From a bacterium (GTDB taxonomy: Bacteria > Patescibacteriota > Minisyncoccia > Phycocordibacterales > VMGT01): a stretch of DNA of 64,000 nt. This document shows positions 27,781 through 36,861 of the stretch, piece after piece (the first letter of the stretch is position 1; every line of letters begins with the position of its first letter). Location of the stretch: contig JAUYPI010000008.1 of assembly GCA_030697645.1 (NCBI GenBank), positions 4,301-68,300 of the forward strand. The letters run 5' to 3'. Position numbers and translations under genes: made by a program. The notes beneath the pieces were generated by a model. The model ran no database searches. It had not been told where the DNA came from and saw nothing but the letters and a program-made list of their open reading frames with translations.

Positions 27781-29142
27781 ATGGCTACTCTTAAAAAAAT
27801 ATCCAAAAGGAAACTGCCCTCCCGCAGCGGTGCGAGTCGTTTTTTGCGCTCCTCTGCGGTACGGACGCTTCCGAAAGGGAATGTGGGCAGGGGGCGTGTT
27901 CCACCTCGAAGCAGCGCGTTTGGTCGTGCCCGGGGTAGCGTGACGAGTGGAGCGCGTGCTGTGGCAGCGTCGAGCCGCGCTGTGCGCCTCGAGCCATCGC
28001 GTGCGGCGCGTCCGCTAGTGAGGGCAGGGCAGCGCCGCACCACTACGCCGCGCGCGGCGCAGCGGGTGCTCGACCGCGAGGAGAGAGCGGAGCGGCTTAT
28101 AGCGAAGGGTCGGGAGCGCGGGTTCATCGTATACGATGAGATTTTGAAGGAGTTTCCGAATATCGAGACCGACGTCATCTTTCTCGATGAGCTCTACGAG
28201 CGGCTCGCTGCGGCGAGGGTTGACGTGCTCGAGGGCGGTGCCATGCTCTCCGGGGAAGAGGAGGAGCCGCTTCCGGCAACGAAGCGCGGCCGACTTGGCG
28301 GCGAGCGTGGGTATGATTCGATCCAGATGTACCTCAAGGAAATCGGCCAGTACCCGCTGCTCTCGGGGCAGGAGGAGAAGGATCTCGCCAAGCGCGTCGC
28401 GTCGGGGGAGGAGGAAGCGAAGAATCTCCTCGCGCGCGCGAACCTGCGGCTCGTGGTCTCGATCGCAAAAAAGTACGTCGGCCGGAGCGCCGACCTCACA
28501 CTCCTCGATCTCATCCAGGAGGGGAACCTCGGGCTCTTCAAAGCGGTGGAGAAGTTTGACTGGACCAAGGGGTACAAGTTTTCAACCTACGCGACGTGGT
28601 GGATCCGACAGGCGATCACCCGCGCGCTCGCCGACCAGTCGCGCACCATTCGCATTCCGGTCCACATGGTGGAGACCATAGCGAAGTACAAGCAGGTCGT
28701 GCGCCGCCTTGCGCAGGACTTGGGGCGCGATCCGATGAGCGAGGAGGTAGCGCTCGAGATGGGACTCGATGTTGAAAAAATCCGCCAGATTGAGCAGATT
28801 GATCAGAGCACGGTCTCGCTCGAGAGCCCAGTCGGGGACGACGGCGACGATAAGGCCTCGACGCTCGGCGATTTCATCGCGGACGACAAGATTCTCTCGC
28901 CGGATCAAGAGGTCTCGCGCCGGATTCTTGCGGATCAGATAAGGGATATTTTAGGCGAGCTCTCGGAGAAGGAGCGGCGGATCCTTGAGATGCGCCAAGG
29001 GCTCGACGACGGCATCACGCATACGCTCGAGGAAGTGGGGAGGGAATTCGGCGTCACGCGCGAGCGCATTCGCCAGATCGAAGCCAAGGCGCACGAAAAA
29101 ATCCGCTTGCATGAGAAGGCGGAACGGTTGAGAAATTATTGA
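27781..29142 (+). CDS. rpoD: RNA polymerase sigma-70 factor RpoD
   Basis: Region 1.2 to 4.2 signatures ([66 protein letters not shown]). Follows dnaG, as in the conserved macromolecular-synthesis operon. Confidence 0.9.
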   Translation: MATLKKISKRKLPSRSGASRFLRSSAVRTLPKGNVGRGRVPPRSSAFGRARGSVTSGARAVAASSRAVRLEPSRAARPLVRAGQRRTTTPRAAQRVLDREERAERLIAKGRERGFIVYDEILKEFPNIETDVIFLDELYERLAAARVDVLEGGAMLSGEEEEPLPATKRGRLGGERGYDSIQMYLKEIGQYPLLSGQEEKDLAKRVASGEEEAKNLLARANLRLVVSIAKKYVGRSADLTLLDLIQEGNLGLFKAVEKFDWTKGYKFSTYATWWIRQAITRALADQSRTIRIPVHMVETIAKYKQVVRRLAQDLGRDPMSEEVALEMGLDVEKIRQIEQIDQSTVSLESPVGDDGDDKASTLGDFIADDKILSPDQEVSRRILADQIRDILGELSEKERRILEMRQGLDDGITHTLEEVGREFGVTRERIRQIEAKAHEKIRLHEKAERLRNY

Positions 29143-29176
29143 CGAGAGAGTAGAGAGTAGAAAGTGGAGAGTAGGC
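29143..29176. repeat. GAGAGAGTAGAGAGTAGAAAGTGGAGAGTAGG motif (copy 2)
   Basis: Shares GAGAGAGTAGAAAGTGGAG with 8905-8940. Both copies directly follow a stop codon. Confidence 0.5.
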
Positions 29177-29190
29177 CGCCCGTGTAGTAC

Positions 29191-29949
29191 GTGCATGGCA
29201 CAAAGTGCACGGTGCGTGGTACGAGACGAGGACGGCTGTGCATAGCGGTAAGACAAACGGATTATTTTTTGTACGATATACCGGTTGACCTATTACGACA
29301 CTCTTGTTATCATTATGTCGTGGGGGCCATTCCAGAAAACAAAACCGCTCTGCTCAAGAAGCTGTACTACGAAAAGAAATTCAGTGCTCGAAAGATTGCA
29401 GAGTCTTTCGGCGTATCTTTGGATGCCGTATATTACTTTATGCGGCATCATAAGCTTGCGCGGCGTAGTTTTTCTGAGGAGAATAGATTACGATTCCTGC
29501 GCAAACAGCCATCGTTTACTCTTGCGAGGGGACTATCGAAACGAGAAAGACAACTGAAACTCATCGGGGTCATGCTCTATTGGTGTGAGGGGTATAAAAC
29601 GGGCAAGAGCTCTACCGTTGACTTTGTGAATAGTGACCCGTCGATGGTAAAAATCTTTACTGAGTTTTTAAGAACAGTGTGTGGTATCAATGAGAACAAA
29701 CTGCGCGCGTATCTCTATTACTATTCGAACCAAGACGCCCGTGAGCTTATAAAATTTTGGAGCGCAGTGACGCGCATTCCCCCGAGTCAATTCACCAGGC
29801 CATACATGAGAGAAAGCCTTCATGTCACCCCAAAGCACAAAATGCCCCATGGTCTTGTGCATATCCGCTATTGTGATAAGAAATTATTGCTTCAAATCAT
29901 GGAGTGGATTGAGCAGTATAAGATGGCACAAGAGAGTTTGCGTCGGTAG
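29191..29949 (+). CDS. hypothetical HTH-containing protein in a low-GC patch (possibly homing-endonuclease-like or a mobile-element remnant)
   Basis: Much lower GC than neighbours. A predicted helix-turn-helix (KKFSARKIAESFGVSLDAVYYF). The 3' end overlaps the tRNA-Tyr-like sequence. The start is uncertain (next Met is at residue 84). Confidence 0.3.
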   Translation: MHGTKCTVRGTRRGRLCIAVRQTDYFLYDIPVDLLRHSCYHYVVGAIPENKTALLKKLYYEKKFSARKIAESFGVSLDAVYYFMRHHKLARRSFSEENRLRFLRKQPSFTLARGLSKRERQLKLIGVMLYWCEGYKTGKSSTVDFVNSDPSMVKIFTEFLRTVCGINENKLRAYLYYYSNQDARELIKFWSAVTRIPPSQFTRPYMRESLHVTPKHKMPHGLVHIRYCDKKLLLQIMEWIEQYKMAQESLRR

Positions 29950-30027
29950 TCCCGTAGGGGGCGGGAGCGGACTGTAAATCCGTCGTCTTCAATGGCCCCG
30001 TGAGTTCGACTCTCACCCGACGCACCA
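29940..30027 (+). tRNA. tRNA-Tyr(GUA)-like, with a long variable arm and encoded CCA. The 5' third is non-canonical.
   Basis: Anticodon loop CUGUAAA in GCGGA-CTGTAAA-TCCGT. Perfect T-arm GTGAG-TTCGACT-CTCAC. Acceptor GCGTCGG/CCGACGC + A + CCA. The D-arm only folds as CCCG-TAGGGGG-CGGG with two extra nucleotides after the acceptor stem. Confidence 0.45.
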
Positions 30028-30133
30028 CGTAGTGTTAAGGTCGGCTCGAACTACATTTAATTTTGGGGGAAGAAGTTTTTTAATCATATAAGTTGGGGGT
30101 CGAATTAGTTACAAAGAAGACGATTTTAAAACT

Positions 30134-30811
30134 ATGAAGAAATATTTTCCTACATTATTTTTTGGAGCTTACTGGATTTTTCTTGGTGTTTTAATTTCAC
30201 AGAATGTGGGTTGGGATATGCCGGATAGCAGTCCTGGTGCCTTCTTTATAAAACCCCAGGTTAACTTCATTACGAATATAGTTGAGGACCTGCTTCCCGG
30301 GAGAGGCTTCGTACCAGGAAGATTTTATCCAAGCATGTTCGGGTGGCTCATATCGGCAATTTTCCTTACAGGCGCAATGGCATTTGTAAACATCATTGCA
30401 ATAGTTGTATTGCGTTCACCGAAAGAATATAAGCCGACAATAATTAACGCGATATATCTTCTTGTCGGCGCATTTCTTCCTGCGGATATCACTATTTATA
30501 AAATATTGAGAGCCATTCCCTTGCATGCGGGATACGGAGGACAATGGGGAATTCAAGCGTGTGGGGGGTTTGTTTGTTTTCCGCCACCTACTACTGGCGC
30601 TTGGGCAATTATTGGAGCTGTGGCCATAGGGATAGTTTTTGCTCTAAATCATTTCTCTGTTTCCTTAATAAATTCTGGTAGCACGACTCTAGGAAAAATA
30701 ATACGGAGAACTTTAATGTTCCTGCCCGTGTGGATTTTATTAATAGCAATTTTCGTAACTATTTTTCCGCAAATCCATAAACAACCGCTACCACCGTCAA
30801 TCAACTTATAA
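30134..30811 (+). CDS. hypothetical polytopic membrane protein (AT-rich, likely horizontally acquired)
   Basis: 225 aa with six or more hydrophobic helices. GC is far below the window average. It lies immediately downstream of the tRNA-Tyr-like sequence. Confidence 0.5.
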   Translation: MKKYFPTLFFGAYWIFLGVLISQNVGWDMPDSSPGAFFIKPQVNFITNIVEDLLPGRGFVPGRFYPSMFGWLISAIFLTGAMAFVNIIAIVVLRSPKEYKPTIINAIYLLVGAFLPADITIYKILRAIPLHAGYGGQWGIQACGGFVCFPPPTTGAWAIIGAVAIGIVFALNHFSVSLINSGSTTLGKIIRRTLMFLPVWILLIAIFVTIFPQIHKQPLPPSINL

Positions 30812-31078
30812 AAGGTGAATTCTTTTCACAAAAAAGTTTCTGTATTCAAAATTGTAAAGAACTTTGCCGCCAAAGAAAAACTTGCTTGTCCGCCGTAGCT
30901 CATGATAGCGAAGGCGGGAAATTGTCAGCGGTGCGGCTCCGCCGCTTTTCCGGATTTTCGTCCTCCTTCGCCTTTCGACTTCGGACGGGCAAGCGGGGAG
31001 ACTTCCTCGCCGCCGCAGGCGGCGAAATGCGTTCGAACTATTTTAAGAATGGGCACCAAGCAGTTTTGGTTCGCCTCG

Positions 31079-31816
31079 CTACTGCACCGATGCTTCCGTT
31101 TCGCTTCCCGCCTGCGGCACGTTTTGGAGAATGCTCTCGATGAGAGATCGAATGGAGCTGTAGGGCTGGGCACCTTCGAGGGGGAGCTGGTTACCGGCGA
31201 CGAGTACGACAGTGTGCGGGGTACCCGTGGCGCCGGCGCGCTCGGCATCCGCAACCATCGCCTCGACTTTCTTAGCATATTTGCCGCTCTTGAGGCAGCG
31301 CTCGAATTCGGCACGGTCGAGGCCGATATCTGCAGCGATTGTTGCGAGGAGTGCGGGGTCGAGTTTGTTGTCCGAGGGAGTGATAGTAAAGATGCGGTCG
31401 AGGTAGAGCCAGAATCCGCTGTTTCCCCCGAGCTCCGCCGCGCACTCCGTGGCCTCGGCTTCCTTGGGGGACTTGCTGTGGACCGCCGCGAGCGGAAAGT
31501 GGCGGTACACCCAGGCAACCGCGCCCATCTTCCCGTACTCATCCATGATGCGGTGGAGCGTGGCGTGATAGTTCTTGCAGAACGGGCATTCGGTATCCGA
31601 ATACTCAATGAGAATGATCGGCGCCTGCGGGTTCCCCAGAATATGGTCGTCGCCCGAAATCGGCGCAGCACCCTGCTGCTTTGGTGCTGTGGCGGACTCG
31701 CCGACATTCTCTACCACCGCCGCAGGACGAGAGGCTTTGTTCGAGAAGAAAACCGCGCCGCCGATAAAAACTCCGGCGAGAATAATGGCGGTGGGAATGG
31801 TGAGGGAGCGGGGCAT
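31079..31816 (-). CDS. dsbA: DsbA-family thiol:disulfide oxidoreductase with signal anchor
   Basis: CPFC active site (SDTECPFCKNYH) and an N-terminal TM/signal segment MPRSLTIPTAIILAGVFIGGAVFF. The plus-strand ORF 30902-31840 overlapping it is rejected. Confidence 0.8.
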   Translation of the reverse strand: MPRSLTIPTAIILAGVFIGGAVFFSNKASRPAAVVENVGESATAPKQQGAAPISGDDHILGNPQAPIILIEYSDTECPFCKNYHATLHRIMDEYGKMGAVAWVYRHFPLAAVHSKSPKEAEATECAAELGGNSGFWLYLDRIFTITPSDNKLDPALLATIAADIGLDRAEFERCLKSGKYAKKVEAMVADAERAGATGTPHTVVLVAGNQLPLEGAQPYSSIRSLIESILQNVPQAGSETEASVQ

Positions 31817-31825
31817 GGGAGAACG

Positions 31826-31903
31826 ACATTTGACATGTAACCTTTGACATTTGACGTCGCGTCGCCGGTCGTTCGAAGTCAAATGTCAATGGTCAAATGT
31901 TTA
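31826..31903. repeat. CATTTGACA-word palindromic element (family D) with GACGTCGCGTCGCC core
   Basis: CGACATTTGACATGTAACCTTTGACATTTGACGTCGCGTCGCCGGTCGTTCGAAGTCAAATGTCAATGGTCAAATGTT, between rpsU and dsbA. Confidence 0.8.
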
Positions 31904-31909
31904 TAGGCC

Positions 31910-32164
31910 TTATCCCCTCCTCCCCCCCTTTCTCTTCTTCGGCTCCGGCGTCTTGCCGAGTTTCGCCAGGCGTTCGCGCTCAATCTGCCGCGCGATGAGT
32001 GCAAGGCGACTGCGTTTTTTCGTGTGCTGAGACGCGTCTCGTTTATAGTGCTTGAGTGAGCGGGCGCGAGTGAGCACGCCTGACTCTTGGACGCGTTTAG
32101 AGAATCTCCGGAGCGCGGCGACGTTGTTTTCAGTCTCCGTTTTGGTGACTTCGACGTTGATCAT
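31910..32164 (-). CDS. rpsU: 30S ribosomal protein S21
   Basis: MINVEVTKTETENNVAALRRFSKRVQESGVLTRARSLKHYKR matches the S21 consensus (VxVxENE..ALRRFKR...G.L...R...YEKP), with a basic tail. Confidence 0.85.
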   Translation of the reverse strand: MINVEVTKTETENNVAALRRFSKRVQESGVLTRARSLKHYKRDASQHTKKRSRLALIARQIERERLAKLGKTPEPKKRKGGRRG

Positions 32165-32235
32165 GATAGTGAGACTATACCACGGGGATAACCATGATAC
32201 AAACCTATAGCGATGTGCGCAATATCAAGGTGTGC

Positions 32236-32333
32236 AAGCTTTTAGCTTTTAGCTGATAGCTTTTAGCACGACGACGTAGCTTCTAAAAGCTAACAGCTAA
32301 AAGCTCGTCTGATTAAGTTAACAGCTAAAAGCT
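32236..32333. repeat. family C palindromic element with CACGACGACGTAG core
   Basis: GCTTTTAGCTTTTAGCTGATAGCTTTTAGCACGACGACGTAGCTTCTAAAAGCTAACAGCTAAAAGCTCGTCTGATTAAGTTAACAGCTAAAAGCTG. Confidence 0.8.
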
Positions 32334-32345
32334 GACACGTGCGTT

Positions 32346-33623
32346 TTATCGTACCCGCGCCGTGGTTTTGAAGTACCGTGGCAGGAGCGAGACGGGAATG
32401 GTTTCCTGGGAGCGGGTGGCGGTATTGCGGACGATCGCGGTGCCGTCGAGCGCCTCGCGGTGGCCGATGATCACGGTGTAGGGTATGCTCTCGCGCTCCG
32501 CGCGCACGACCTGCTCCGAGAGCGAGTGGGAGCCGAGCGCCTGAAGCACGGGTATCCGCGCCCGCCGCAGGAGCTCGAGGATGACAAGGCCGCGGCGCAG
32601 CGCGTCCGCTCCGAGCTGGATAAAGAGAATGCGCGGTACGAGCGGTCGCGGGGCCTCGGCGGCACGTTGGCGAGCGTTTTCTGAGGCGATCGTGAGTGAG
32701 AGCGCGACGCCGGAGAGCGCCCCGCGGATTCCCGTGCGCCGGGCGAGTCCCTCGTAGCGGCCGCCGTAGCCGAACGGCTCTTTCTGCCGCGCATCCGCCG
32801 CGCTTGCAGGGCGGAGTTCGAAGATTGTCGCCGCAAAGTTTAGCTTCGGCTCGATGAGCGCTTCGTCGATTGCGTAGGGGATGTCCATCCCCTCAAGATA
32901 CTCGAGCACCTCTTTGAGGTGCCGCCGGTGCGAGTCGTGGAGGTAGCTGATTGATTTCGGGGCGTTTTCGCGCACCTCGCTGCACCGCTCGGTGGTACAG
33001 CGCATGAGCGCGAGCAGGTTCTCGCCGACGCGCGTTCTGCAGCAGGGTGCGAGGGAGCCCGCGTACCGGCGGTAATAGAACGAGAGTTCGTGGAAAAATC
33101 GTCCCGCGGTCTCACGGTCGCCGACGCTGTTTATGTGGATGATGACGCCTCCTTGCTTGAGCTCATCGAGGATGGCCGAGGCGGCGCGAATGAGGAGCGC
33201 TTCGCCGAGCGCGTCTTTCATCCCGAATACTTCGAGCTGTAGCGTGTAGGCGCTTCGGCGGCTCGCCTCGCTCCCGCTTCGGCGAAGCGGGCCCATGCCC
33301 TTTCCGTCCTTCTCGTCGTGGAGGTACCGGTAGAGAAGCGCGGGGGGTGAGACGCTCGTGAGGACGCCGCTTGTGAGACAGGCGATGATAGCGGAAACAT
33401 CCTCTCGACTTCCGGGCGGCGCATGGGGAGGCACCGGGGCGAGCCATCGGCGCTTGTCGGCGCTTCGCACCTCCCGGCGCTCCGCTCTCGCCGCCCGGTA
33501 GCGCTCGTCGAGCGAGACAAAACCATAGTGCTCGGCGATGCCGAGCGCCTGCGCGAGCGGCGCGGGGAGCGCATCATGGCGCGGTCGTGAGACAGGCGCA
33601 TTCATTTTTGATATGGTGTCCAC
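32346..33623 (-). CDS. histidyl-tRNA synthetase-like class II aaRS (HisS/HisZ family) with divergent N-terminal region
   Basis: HisRS motif 3 GYGGRYEGL and a C-terminal class-II anticodon-binding domain (RILFIQLGADALRRGLVILELLRRARIPV ... YTVIIGHREALDGTAIVRN). The N-terminal roughly 100 aa is Arg/Pro-rich and lacks recognisable motifs 1 and 2. Confidence 0.5.
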   Translation of the reverse strand: MDTISKMNAPVSRPRHDALPAPLAQALGIAEHYGFVSLDERYRAARAERREVRSADKRRWLAPVPPHAPPGSREDVSAIIACLTSGVLTSVSPPALLYRYLHDEKDGKGMGPLRRSGSEASRRSAYTLQLEVFGMKDALGEALLIRAASAILDELKQGGVIIHINSVGDRETAGRFFHELSFYYRRYAGSLAPCCRTRVGENLLALMRCTTERCSEVRENAPKSISYLHDSHRRHLKEVLEYLEGMDIPYAIDEALIEPKLNFAATIFELRPASAADARQKEPFGYGGRYEGLARRTGIRGALSGVALSLTIASENARQRAAEAPRPLVPRILFIQLGADALRRGLVILELLRRARIPVLQALGSHSLSEQVVRAERESIPYTVIIGHREALDGTAIVRNTATRSQETIPVSLLPRYFKTTARVR

Positions 33624-33668
33624 CCGGTCGATTCCGTTCGCGCTAATCTAGAGTCTAATACCTAAAAC

Positions 33669-34244
33669 CTAATTACCTCGTCCGACATATCCCGGGAAGA
33701 GCGCAATGTTCTGGAGGGGGAAGAGCCTCGCGAGCGCGCGCCCCACGATGAGGTCGCGTGGCAGGGTCCCCCACGAGCGGGAGTCGAAGCTTGCCGAGCG
33801 GTTGTCGCCGAGCACGAAGTAGTCGCTCTCGCCGAGGGTGACGAGAAACGAACCAGCGGTGCCACCCACGAGATAGGGCTCGTCGAGCACGAATCCGCGA
33901 GGCGTGCCCTCGTTTTTCACCGAGAGCGTGCCATCTTGTATCTCAACGGTTTCTCCAGGGAGTCCGATAATGCGCTTAATGAAGAACTGCGTTCGTTTCT
34001 GTGGGAAGCGGAAAACGATGACGTCGCCGCGTTTCGGCTCGCGAAGTCGGTAGCTGATTTCGTCCACGATGAGGTATTCGCCGTGCGCGAACGTCGGATC
34101 CATTGAGGAGCCGCTGACGATAAAGGGTGTGGCGATATAGAGGCGGATCGCAAACACGACGGCCGAGATAATGACGAGAAAGCGGATGAACTCGAAGAAT
34201 GATCGGCTGTTTTTTTGGTTTTGATTTTGTAGAGGAACGTTCAT
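33669..34244 (-). CDS. lepB: signal peptidase I
   Basis: S26 catalytic Ser box GSSMDPTF, Lys box GDVIVFRFP ... KRIIGLPGE, and the GDNRSASFDSR motif. Confidence 0.85.
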   Translation of the reverse strand: MNVPLQNQNQKNSRSFFEFIRFLVIISAVVFAIRLYIATPFIVSGSSMDPTFAHGEYLIVDEISYRLREPKRGDVIVFRFPQKRTQFFIKRIIGLPGETVEIQDGTLSVKNEGTPRGFVLDEPYLVGGTAGSFLVTLGESDYFVLGDNRSASFDSRSWGTLPRDLIVGRALARLFPLQNIALFPGYVGRGN

Positions 34245-34337
34245 GGAGGTTGAGGAGAAAAAAGATTACTGCTATTGTAGTCGTATTGACGAGAGAGCGC
34301 AAGAGAAATCGGAGAAAATACTGCAGTACAAAATGAA

Positions 34338-34470
34338 AACGTAAAAATCAAAAATCAAACTGTGTATTTTGTAGCTCGTATTTTGTATCTTGTGTCGAAA
34401 ATGTAACCTCATTCACAGAGTTAGAGTGCGTGCAAAAATACAAGATACAAAATACCAAATACAAGGTACC
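34338..34470. repeat. family E palindromic element (ATACAAAATACAAG words)
   Basis: CTGTGTATTTTGTAGCTCGTATTTTGTATCTTGTGTCG ... GCAAAAATACAAGATACAAAATACCAAATACAAGG. Preceded by AAAACGTAAAAATCAAAAATCAAAC. Confidence 0.75.
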
Positions 34471-34491
34471 TAAAACGTCTAAACTTTTGCT

Positions 34492-35133
34492 ATGTTAACA
34501 ATCAAAGAGGAAGGAAAGAGGAAAGCTACATACCTTGTCGTCGGCCTCGGCAATCCGGGGGTGGAGTACGAGCGCACACGGCACAACGCGGGACGGCGGG
34601 CGCTCGAGGCGCTCCGCGAGCGCGGCGAGTTTGAGCCCTGGCGCGAGGACAGAGGGCTCAAAGCCCTGAAAGCAGGAGGTGCAATTGATGGAGCGCGCGT
34701 GACACTTCTCCTGCCGCAGCAATTTATGAACCGCTCGGGGGCTTCCGTGGCTAGTTTAGTCAAGAGTCCGCGTGCCGCCGAGCGGCTTATTGTGGCGTAC
34801 GACGACCTCGACCTACCACTCGGCGTCGTAAAAATTTCCTTCGGCCGGAGCTCGGGCGGGCACAAAGGGCTTGAGTCCGTGATCCGCGCGATCAAAACGC
34901 GCGATTTTACTCGTGTGCGTATCGGCATTGCGCCTCTCGGAGTGCGCGGCAAGCTCGCGAAGCCCCGCGGCGAGCAGGCGGTGCTCGACTTTCTCCTCGG
35001 GGCGTTCAGTAAGCGCGAAGAGGGAGTGCTTACCAGCTCACTTGCGCGTGCCTGCGATGCGATCATGACTCTCATCACCGATGGCCGCGAAAAGGCGATG
35101 AGCGCTTTTAATAGGGTAGTGGGCGAGCAATAA
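34492..35133 (+). CDS. pth: peptidyl-tRNA hydrolase
   Basis: YLVVGLGNPGVEYERTRHNAG matches the Pth N-terminus (GLGNPG ... TRHN). Confidence 0.85.
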   Translation: MLTIKEEGKRKATYLVVGLGNPGVEYERTRHNAGRRALEALRERGEFEPWREDRGLKALKAGGAIDGARVTLLLPQQFMNRSGASVASLVKSPRAAERLIVAYDDLDLPLGVVKISFGRSSGGHKGLESVIRAIKTRDFTRVRIGIAPLGVRGKLAKPRGEQAVLDFLLGAFSKREEGVLTSSLARACDAIMTLITDGREKAMSAFNRVVGEQ

Positions 35134-35328
35134 GCAGCATGAAACAAGGCCCACCTTCGCCAGAGGGTACGGCGGACGAGGCAACAGGCAGTAGACAGTA
35201 TGCACGACTTCTTTGCGACGAATTTCAAAGCCGGCGACCCCTCTGGGTCGCCGGCACATCGTTGTCGGTAGTGCGCAGAACACGTTCAACACTCGGTGTT
35301 CAACAGGTGCTCAACGTTTTTCGGCCTC

Positions 35329-35736
35329 TCACTTCAGGACGCCGACCTCGTACACGTCGTCGAGCGGGATGTCCGCGCTCTTGTGCGCATCCCGAACCGC
35401 CGCCTCGGATGGCGCTTCCGTGATACAGTACGCAACGCCTTTCTCTTTGCTGTAGTAGACCTTCTTCGCTTTGAGACCACTCTCGTCGCACGCTTTTTTA
35501 TACGTATTCCATGCCTGCTCTAATTGCTCTCTCCCGGCGCTACCTGTCGAGTGGAGCCCCATAAAGAGCGACATCGCGCAGGCACACTTTGCTTCCGCCT
35601 CGCCGCAGCCGGAGCATTTTGGCATACAATGCTCTCCGCCACACTCATGCTCGGCGTCATGCTCCTCGGCCTCCGCACCGCACATGTCGCATTTGTACCC
35701 CTCCGTTTCTTGGGCACATTTTTCACATTTTTGCAT
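35329..35736 (-). CDS. small cysteine-rich putative metal-binding protein
   Basis: The start codon was chosen at an internal Met: MQKCEKCAQETEGYKCDMCGAEAEEHDAEHECGGEHCMPKCSGCGEAEAKCAC, i.e. multiple CxxC pairs, followed by a conserved-looking C-terminal domain. The longer ORF upstream runs through the 36-nt palindrome. Confidence 0.5.
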   Translation of the reverse strand: MQKCEKCAQETEGYKCDMCGAEAEEHDAEHECGGEHCMPKCSGCGEAEAKCACAMSLFMGLHSTGSAGREQLEQAWNTYKKACDESGLKAKKVYYSKEKGVAYCITEAPSEAAVRDAHKSADIPLDDVYEVGVLK

Positions 35737-35844
35737 AGGATTTGAAAATGACCGTCTTCTAATGATCGACCTTGCTATACTTATACCATACTCATTGCCT
35801 CGCGCGTGCCCTCCGTTATAGGTCATAAAAAACAGAAAAAGATA

Positions 35845-35880
35845 TTTGCAATAACTCTGCGACCGCATTGTTATTGCAAA
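35845..35880. repeat. 36-nt conserved palindrome (copy 2): TTTGCAATAAC-tctGCGACCGCat-TGTTATTGCAAA
   Basis: Same arms and loop as copies 1 and 3, flanked by AAAAGATA on the left and TTTTCG on the right. Confidence 0.8.
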
Positions 35881-35973
35881 TTTTCGTTCAGTTCGTTTCT
35901 CGGTGAGTGTGTCGGTTCTCTTTTTGGACAGGCCCGCTTCTCGTTTTTGATATTGGCGTATATACTGCAGCGT

Positions 35974-36855
35974 ATGGACGAGACAAAACAAGGCACCGAC
36001 CGCCTCAAAGAACTTGAGGCTCTGATGCAGGCGAGCGATTTTTGGGCTGACAAGGAGCGAGCGCAGACGCTGATCCGTGAATATCAGGCACTAAAAGATA
36101 CCGCAGCCGGTGTCGGCGTGTATGAGAGCGGCGATGCGATCATGACCATTTTTGCCGGAGCCGGGGGTGACGATGCCGAGGATTTTACGCGTATGCTCTC
36201 GGAAATGTACGGGAAATATATCGTCGCACACGGCTGGAGCACTCGAGAGCTCCACGCGCACTCGAGTGAGTCCGGCGGCTACCGCAATATCACGACGGAG
36301 ATTGCGGGGCGCGGGGCGTATGGGACCCTTAAGCACGAGAGCGGGGTACACCGCCTCGTGCGGATCTCGCCCTTTAATGCGTCAAAGAAACGGCAGACGT
36401 CGTTTGCGCTTGTCGAGGTCGTGCCGAAGTTTGAGAAGGTGGGACCTGTGGATATCGCGGAGAGCGACCTTCGGGTCGAGTTCGCGCGATCAGGGGGCGC
36501 AGGCGGGCAGAATGTGAATAAGCGCGAAACTGCCGTGCGTATCGTGCACCTGCCGACCAATATCGCGGTACATGTGTCCTCCGAGCGCAGCCAGCAGCAG
36601 AACAGGGAGAAGGCACTGGCGCTCCTCCGCGGAAAGCTCTATCATAGGGAAGAGGAGGCGCGACACGCGCGCGAGCGCGGCCTCTCGACTGCCGCGACGA
36701 TCTCTGCCGAATGGGGCAACCAGATCCGCTCATACGTGCTGCACCCGTACCGAATGGTGAAAGACCACCGCACCGGGGTCGAAACAAGCGACATCGAGCG
36801 CGTGCTTGAGCGCGGGGAGATCGATGAGTTCATCGAGGCGGAGAAAAATGTGTAG
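35974..36855 (+). CDS. prfB: peptide chain release factor 2, N-terminally short form
   Basis: GGQ motif (SGGAGGQNVNK), RF2-specific SPF tripeptide (RISPFNASKKRQTSFA), and DFWADKERAQ aligning to E. coli DVWNEPERAQ. No upstream CTT-TGA-C frameshift site is seen, and the in-frame upstream translation is not RF-like. Confidence 0.8.
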   Translation: MDETKQGTDRLKELEALMQASDFWADKERAQTLIREYQALKDTAAGVGVYESGDAIMTIFAGAGGDDAEDFTRMLSEMYGKYIVAHGWSTRELHAHSSESGGYRNITTEIAGRGAYGTLKHESGVHRLVRISPFNASKKRQTSFALVEVVPKFEKVGPVDIAESDLRVEFARSGGAGGQNVNKRETAVRIVHLPTNIAVHVSSERSQQQNREKALALLRGKLYHREEEARHARERGLSTAATISAEWGNQIRSYVLHPYRMVKDHRTGVETSDIERVLERGEIDEFIEAEKNV

Positions 36856-36861
36856 GTGAAT

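Noticed and set aside
30902-31840. 312-aa plus-strand ORF
   Set aside because: Antisense to the DsbA gene, which has a clear CPFC active site and signal anchor. Gly/Arg-rich shadow ORF.
35880-35973. programmed +1 frameshift site for RF2
   Set aside because: The only TGA upstream (35948) is in the wrong frame relative to the main ORF. There is no CTT-TGA-C motif, and the upstream in-frame peptide is not RF-like.
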